A stretch of 54,896 nt of DNA, the filler included, from Jimgerdemannia flammicorona (taxonomy: Eukaryota), in the NCBI GenBank assembly GCA_003990765.1. It is 3 parts of 3 records of this genome, joined end to end, with 100 filler letters (N's around TTAATTAATTAA, not from the genome) between each part and the next. Parts side by side here need not be neighbours in the genome. Positions count along the whole stretch, not along the records: positions 36,667 to 54,896 come from RBNJ01002256.1; 2 more parts are not named here. One strand, given 5' to 3'. Below, piece by piece: positions 49,301 through 54,896 of this stretch. Position 1 is the stretch's first letter, and every line of letters starts with the position of its first letter. The notes beneath the pieces were generated by a model. It did not search any database. It saw only the letters and a list, made by a program, of their open reading frames with translations, and was not told the origin of the DNA. Made by a program: the position numbers and the translations under genes.

Positions 49301-52300
49301 ACCTCTCCAGAACTTATCAAATCTGTCCATTCCATCTGCAGACTCAACAACCTATTAGAAGTACACCTTACCCTTTTCTGTCTCTATCTCCCAGCATCCC
49401 TACCAGCCTCTCAGTAAACCTGTATAGTCTCTTTCAACTTTATCCAATAGGCACCCACTGGTGCACCCTTATGTATCCATCTAACAATCTTTGCTTGAAT
49501 GTCCTTCACTGCTCTAATAAACCCCAGTAATCCGACTATGGGCACCACTCCACCTCTAAAGACTTCCAAATATCTATACCTTAGCATTCAGCTATCAGGA
49601 TCTAGTCAATCCTTATATCTAGTCTATTCATCTAGTGTGTAGATCCACTTTTCTCCCCACTATCTTCTGCCTATATCCCTCAAAGAGCTAAGGGTCTCCA
49701 CCTCCTTCCATGCATCTAGGCCCCCACTTCTTCCACCAGCACTCCTTTCTCCATCAGTTCAATCTAACTGAAGATTCTACACCATATTGAAGTCTCCTCC
49801 CAGAACATCTACCCTCTCCTCCAGGAGCACACCCTCTTCTAACATACCCTTAATCCATGCAATCCACTCATCCCTAGCTGCTGGACAGTAGCAGGAGCCA
49901 ACTCTCACTAGCTCTCACCCAGGTCGATGCCATTCCCCCTAAACCAAATGGTCTCTCTAGCTCCTGATTCCATCTAAATCCCCTCTACTACCCTATATCA
50001 AAATTGCCACTTTGTCAATCCAAGCTATAGCCCTACCTCATTCTCTAGTCTACTCTACTTAATCCTCCTCATCTTCACAATGTACATCCTGCAACAAAAA
50101 GAGATCAGCCTTCAATCCCTTAAGCTAAGTAAAAATGTTCTTATACTGCTCAGATCTCTGTAACTCATTCATATTTAGAGAAAAAATATTAGTTGTACTG
50201 TTTATTAAGAATAATATTTAGAAGTAGTATAATGTTCATCCTCTACAAATCCATGGTCATCCCCTTCTATACTAAGTCTAAGTTACATTTGGCAGCCAAT
50301 TCCTTCTCTTCAGCCTTCTTTACCTCTAATCTAGCCAGAAGTTCAGCTATCTCCCCATTCTCTTTTTAAGTTCTCATGATACTCCAGGCAGGCCTCTTGT
50401 TAGAGTTACAAACCATGATGCTCTGCCCAATAGTAGGCAGCCCTCTCACTAGCAACAACTGCCAGTTCAGCCTCTCTTTCCTTATCAATCTCATATTTCT
50501 CCTTCTCTAGAAAAATTACAAGCATCTCTGCCTTCAGTGTCTCCATAACCCTATTACCATGCAGAATCCTCACCCAATACTCCTCACTCATCACTCTCAG
50601 GTCCACTTCTCTCAACTCTTCTACTATAAAGTTATTCATCATCTGGCTCATCTACAGTAGGTTCCCCACCTCTTTCCCTCCTAGTGATGCTGGCCTCCCA
50701 GCACTCAGTATTGTAGTATCTGCTCCTATACTTATAGTCTCATCTCACTTCTCCTCCAGGACATCCACCAGCTCATCCTTGCCAACTGCCACCATCTGTC
50801 CTCCTTTTACTATATCAGGAACTCCAAAATGTACTTGCTGAGTACTACACATAACTACATCTGCTGCCACCTTGCTCTTCATTGCTGGGCCCCTCCTAAT
50901 AAGGGGTGGAGTATCTTCCAAGACTTGTTTCCAGACCTCAAACATACCATCTACATAAGGGTTATTGTGTGGTACCTTCCCAGCTCCATCCAGGCCCTCC
51001 TTCATCTCTCCTCCTCTCTTACTAGCCCAGATACTTGCTTTGGTACCCCCAGACCCCTCAATACCACCAGACTCCTCAGTGCCACCAGCCTTCTTCTTTG
51101 CCCCTCCCTCTATGCTCATTAACAACTCCCTCTGCCTCTTGCACCCTTGAGCTACTATCTCTTATCATTGTGAATATGTTTTCCATCTATAATCTCCAAA
51201 TGCATTGACTCTATATATATCTTCCATGTCTTTACCCTCTACTCTACTACTCCACTCATCTCCTCCAGAGCCTCCAACAGATCCTCCTCCTCCTTCTCAC
51301 TCTCTTTCACTCTTGACATCTTACAGATGAAGGCTCTCCACATCATCACTGAAGGCCAGTTACTCATCTTTTCTATAATCTCTCTCTCAGCCAGTCTAAT
51401 CCAGATGTCAACATCTCTTGTTCTGAAAGAGGTCTTCTCCTATATCTGAAATCCAATATCAACTATATTACCATACTCTGCCATCACCTTCTCCACCCTC
51501 CTCCTGGTCTCAATCTTTGTCACTATAGGCACCCCCTTTACCAGTAGCTGGACCACTCTAGGGTTCCATCTCAAGCATTACACCATAGGTACCACCACCT
51601 CACCTATAGCTACTCTAGTCTTTAATACCTCCTCTAGTAGGCCTGCTTCCTCAAAACCTACTTCAACTCCCTCCAGTCTCTTTAGGAACTTCACTGAGAC
51701 AGCACTAGCCACTTGCTTTGAGATAATCCCTAGGACTATTTTTGCTATCACTACCAAGCTCTGAAAGCACAGAGTTACTATAAACTCTGAGATCAACTTC
51801 TTGAGTAATGGTGCCACCACTAGCCCCATCATACTATTAGCCAGGTCTCTCTTCCTTTTCAGTCCTATTAATCCAGCTCTCCCATCAGTAGTTACATCTG
51901 GATTTTTTTCCAGATTCTCAGTCATACTACCATTAGTAGTCTCCCCCCTACCTCCAGCTACTACTATACCAGCCCTTCTACCTACCAGCCCAGATGCTGA
52001 ACCCCCTGCCTCTACTTCTCTCTACTTCTCCTTCTCCCCTGCCTGACCTCTCCTAGATCCAACAGACCATTCTCTCTTCTTCAGCACATCTGCAAAGCTC
52101 CTCTCTCTCTGCTCTCCTATCTCTCCTTTAGTACCACTTTCACTACCCAAGCTGTCCTGCCCACTCAGACCACCAAAAGACCCCATCTCTAGTCTATACC
52201 CTCATCTGATAGTTTGCCAGTCAAAGGCCCCAGATCTACCTGATCTGGTATGTGTGTCAGCTTGTATGTTATTCACTATATCCTTAGTATCTTTCTCTAA

Positions 52301-54500
52301 TAAATAGCTCAAAAGTATGTTTTGAAGTTTGAATTATATGAGTGGTAGTGGGGAAAGATGCCACTGGCTGAGTACTTTGTCAAGAGGAAGGGGGGATAGT
52401 AGTGAAGGAGGAGGAGATATGGGGCAGTTAGGGGAGAAGTGGTTGACCTTCACTGATAAGGTCAAGATAGGATCTTAGGTGATGGGACTGGATGGATGGC
52501 TGGAGCTGGGAAAGGAGAAGGCAGATGCTAGAGAAAAAGAGAGAGCCCCTCTGGAGGGTCAGAGTAGAAGGGCCAGCAGTGCAGTAGCTGAAGGAGTGAC
52601 TGCTGATAGAAGTGTGATGGGCAATCTGGAAAAAAATCTAGATAGGACTACTGATAATAGACTGAGCTATGGGAAGGATATGAGGCCTAGTGATCTGGCT
52701 GATAGTATAATGGGTCTGGCAGTAACCCTATTACTCAAGAAGTCAATCTCAGAATTTATAGTTACTTTGTACTTCTGGGGCTTGGCAGTGATGGTGAAAA
52801 TAATCTTGGGGCTAATTGCAAAATAGATAAATAGTGCAATATCTGTAAAGTTTCTGAGGAGTCTAGAAGGAGTAGAGGTGGATTTTGAGAAGGCTGGACT
52901 ATTGGAGGATGTATTGAAGGCTGAGTTGACAGTTGGTAAGATATGTATCTCAATAGTATGCTACTTGAGGTAGAATCCTAGGGTGGTATAACTTCTGATA
53001 AAAGAGGTTCCTATAATAACTGCTGTAGAGATAAGGAGAAGAGTAGAGGAAGTCTTAGCTAAATATAGAGTGGTGGTCAATGTTGGGTTCAAGGTCTGAG
53101 AAGAGACCTCCTTTTGGACAGAGAATATTGATATCTAGATTCAGTTAACAAAGAGAGAGGCTACAGAGAAGGCTTATGATTGGCCTTCAGTGATGGTGTA
53201 GAGAGCCTTTATATGTAAGATAATAAGGATAAATGAGAGTGAGGAGAAGGAAGAGGACCTATTGGAGACACTGGAGGAGTTAAGTAGTATAGTAAAGTAG
53301 AGGGTGAGAGCTTGGAAGGCATATATGATATCAATATATTTAGAGATTATTGATGGGAGATATGTCTGTATTAATAAGGAGCTATAGTGGACATTCTTAG
53401 AGAAGACTTTAATATGGTCTGGGATACATTAGTGGATAGAACTGACAGAGGATAGGGGGTTGAGGACAGGAGTAGAGGTCTGGAGATATGAGAGAAAGTA
53501 GAGAGACTGAGCTCTCTAGTAGATACTGGCAGAGAGTTCTAGAGAGATAGGAGGATATATATACACTAGACAAATGGTCTGGAGATGAGGATTAACTGGA
53601 TGCTGATAGCAGACTGCTGGGGTTTAGATGTTTGGAAGTTACTGGAGGCTGAGTGATATCTATGGTCTGATTACTAGAAGCCATTAGGGCAGGGTCATTT
53701 CAGGGAGAGTGGGGATGAGCCTGGATATTGGTATCTCAATTCCTCTTTATTGGCTGAGAAGGTGTTGTGAGACAAGTGGGTAGAGGACATTCAGCAAAGT
53801 ATAGAGGGTTGGATATGGGGGGTGCCACAGTTGGTATCTGATGGATGAGATTGAAGGAGACTGCTAGAGTTTACTAAAGTAATACTGGTAAGGCAGTAGA
53901 AAGACAGAGGAGGAGGAGGGTGATCTGGGCTTCTGCTAGATTGGTGGGGCTTTTGGAAGATTGAGCAGAGCTCTTAGCCCTAGAGGGGATAGAGGACTGG
54001 AGGGTGAGGTGGGTGAAGCTAGAGGTTATAGAGTTATAACAGATATTGAGAGAGGAGGAGGAGATATAAGTGTGGAGTCTGGCTGTATGGTTATGCTGAT
54101 AGGAGCTGGAGGAGAGAGAGAGGCCATCTAAGTACTTTTTGAGAACCCTTTAGGTGAGGAGAGTGAGGCAGAGATGGGAGGGGGTTCTTGATTCTGATAG
54201 TCTACTGGTGCATGGTTTACAGGATATCTTGAGCTTGTTGAAGAAGAGATGGAGTGATTTGTAGAGTAAAGAGGAGGGTGGGGCTAATGCTGCTGTTATA
54301 GAACATACTTTAGAGGAATAGTACCCACTGCAAGTAGATAGACTGGGCAGCTTGGTGGGGCCTGTTCAGAAGGAGGAAATTTGTTAGATTCTTGCCACAA
54401 CTATGCCAGATATGGCACTAGAAGAGAATGGTCTGTTCTGAAACTTTTGAAAGAAGATGGTAGATATCCCTAGAGTACTGAGAGAGGTGATAGCACTTTG
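46355..54500 (+). mobile_element. Old LINE of the same family, split by the minus-strand LINE and internally deleted
   Basis: The ORF1 N-terminus remnant (about 46435-46548) resumes at 52381 after the TSD (ORF 52479-52826 is homologous to 31166-31993). Near 53388 it jumps from mid-ORF1 to the APE DILGGDFN region. It ends in early RT, where the next LINE starts. Confidence 0.8.
46549..52366 (-). mobile_element. Full-length hypermutated L1/Tx1-like LINE (5.8 kb)
   Basis: 14-bp TSD GCTGAGTACTTTGT at 46535-46548 and 52367-52380, and a poly(T) tail. ORF remnants 51578-51925, 50745-51125 and 50406-50651 (ORF1) and 47953-48198 (AFVDD, RT). Confidence 0.92.
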
Positions 54501-54896
54501 TCAAAACCGAATGGTCACCTTTCACCGGTAACATTCAGGTGACACAAGATTTGGACAACACTTTCTGCGAAGTTTTTGGTGAAAAGCTACTATCAACATG
54601 GTGAGCAACGAGCAAACTGGGGGGCAGGCCGGCCAGGGGGGCAGCCATGCCTTCGACTGGCAGCAGGTTGGGAGGAAACGAGGAGATGGTTTGGGGATTC
54701 CAGGGCCATCTGTGGTGGGCGGTGGCGCTGGAGGTAGAGGGAGAGGTGGACTGAGGCAGAGAGGTGGGGGGAGGGCGACCTTTGCCGACAGGGTCAGGAT
54801 GGGGAAGATGGCCATAGGGCTGGATGGTTGGTTGGGACTGGGGAAGGCGATGCCGGGTTCAGCAGGAGGGCAGGGAGGGTCCCCCATGGGAGCCTC
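54501..54896 (+). mobile_element. 5' end of a young, CpG-retaining LINE of the same family
   Basis: CTTTCACCGGTAACATTCAGGTGACACAAG from 54519 matches the 5' end of the 26517-32393 element. It runs off the window. Confidence 0.88.
54598..54896 (+). CDS. LINE ORF1 N-terminus (partial, open to the window end)
   Basis: MVSNEQTGGQAGQGGSHAFDWQQVG...TFADRVRMGKMAIGLDGWL, with no stop; homologous to the other ORF1 copies. Confidence 0.82.
   Translation, partial: MVSNEQTGGQAGQGGSHAFDWQQVGRKRGDGLGIPGPSVVGGGAGGRGRGGLRQRGGGRATFADRVRMGKMAIGLDGWLGLGKAMPGSAGGQGGSPMGA

Noticed and set aside
54490..54505. Sequence-specific LINE target (ACTTTGTCAA at 52373 and 54494)
   Set aside because: The two junctions involve opposite element orientations, and the other insertion sites (26502, 15181) share only weak T-richness.

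Overview
Eukaryotic, probably fungal, gene-free nest of transposable elements. It is heavily degraded by C>T/G>A hypermutation (CpG first, then CpA) and has two 100-bp scaffold gaps containing an artificial TTAATTAATTAA linker. No host gene is recognisable. The main element is a Ty3/Gypsy chromodomain LTR retrotransposon in three copies: A 997-8220 (-), B 8221-15190 (+) and C 36667-45159 (+). Its single-frame polyprotein reads Gag-CCHC-dUTPase-small Cys/His motif-protease-RT-RNaseH-integrase-chromodomain. Its ~2.03-kb LTR (TGTAAG...CTTACA) carries a complete 365-384-codon ORF of unknown function upstream of the TATA box, intact in copy C. A Met-free 308-codon frame runs in frame into gag. Also present: a second, older Gypsy family with dUTPase placed after the protease; a probable third LTR family; a solo LTR; six L1/Tx1-like LINE copies or fragments (two full length with TSDs, and a conserved 3' stem-loop); a LINE-5'-like non-coding element; an orphan poly(A) insertion; and hAT-like palindromic MITEs. 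All calls come from manual reading and translation, with no database searches.
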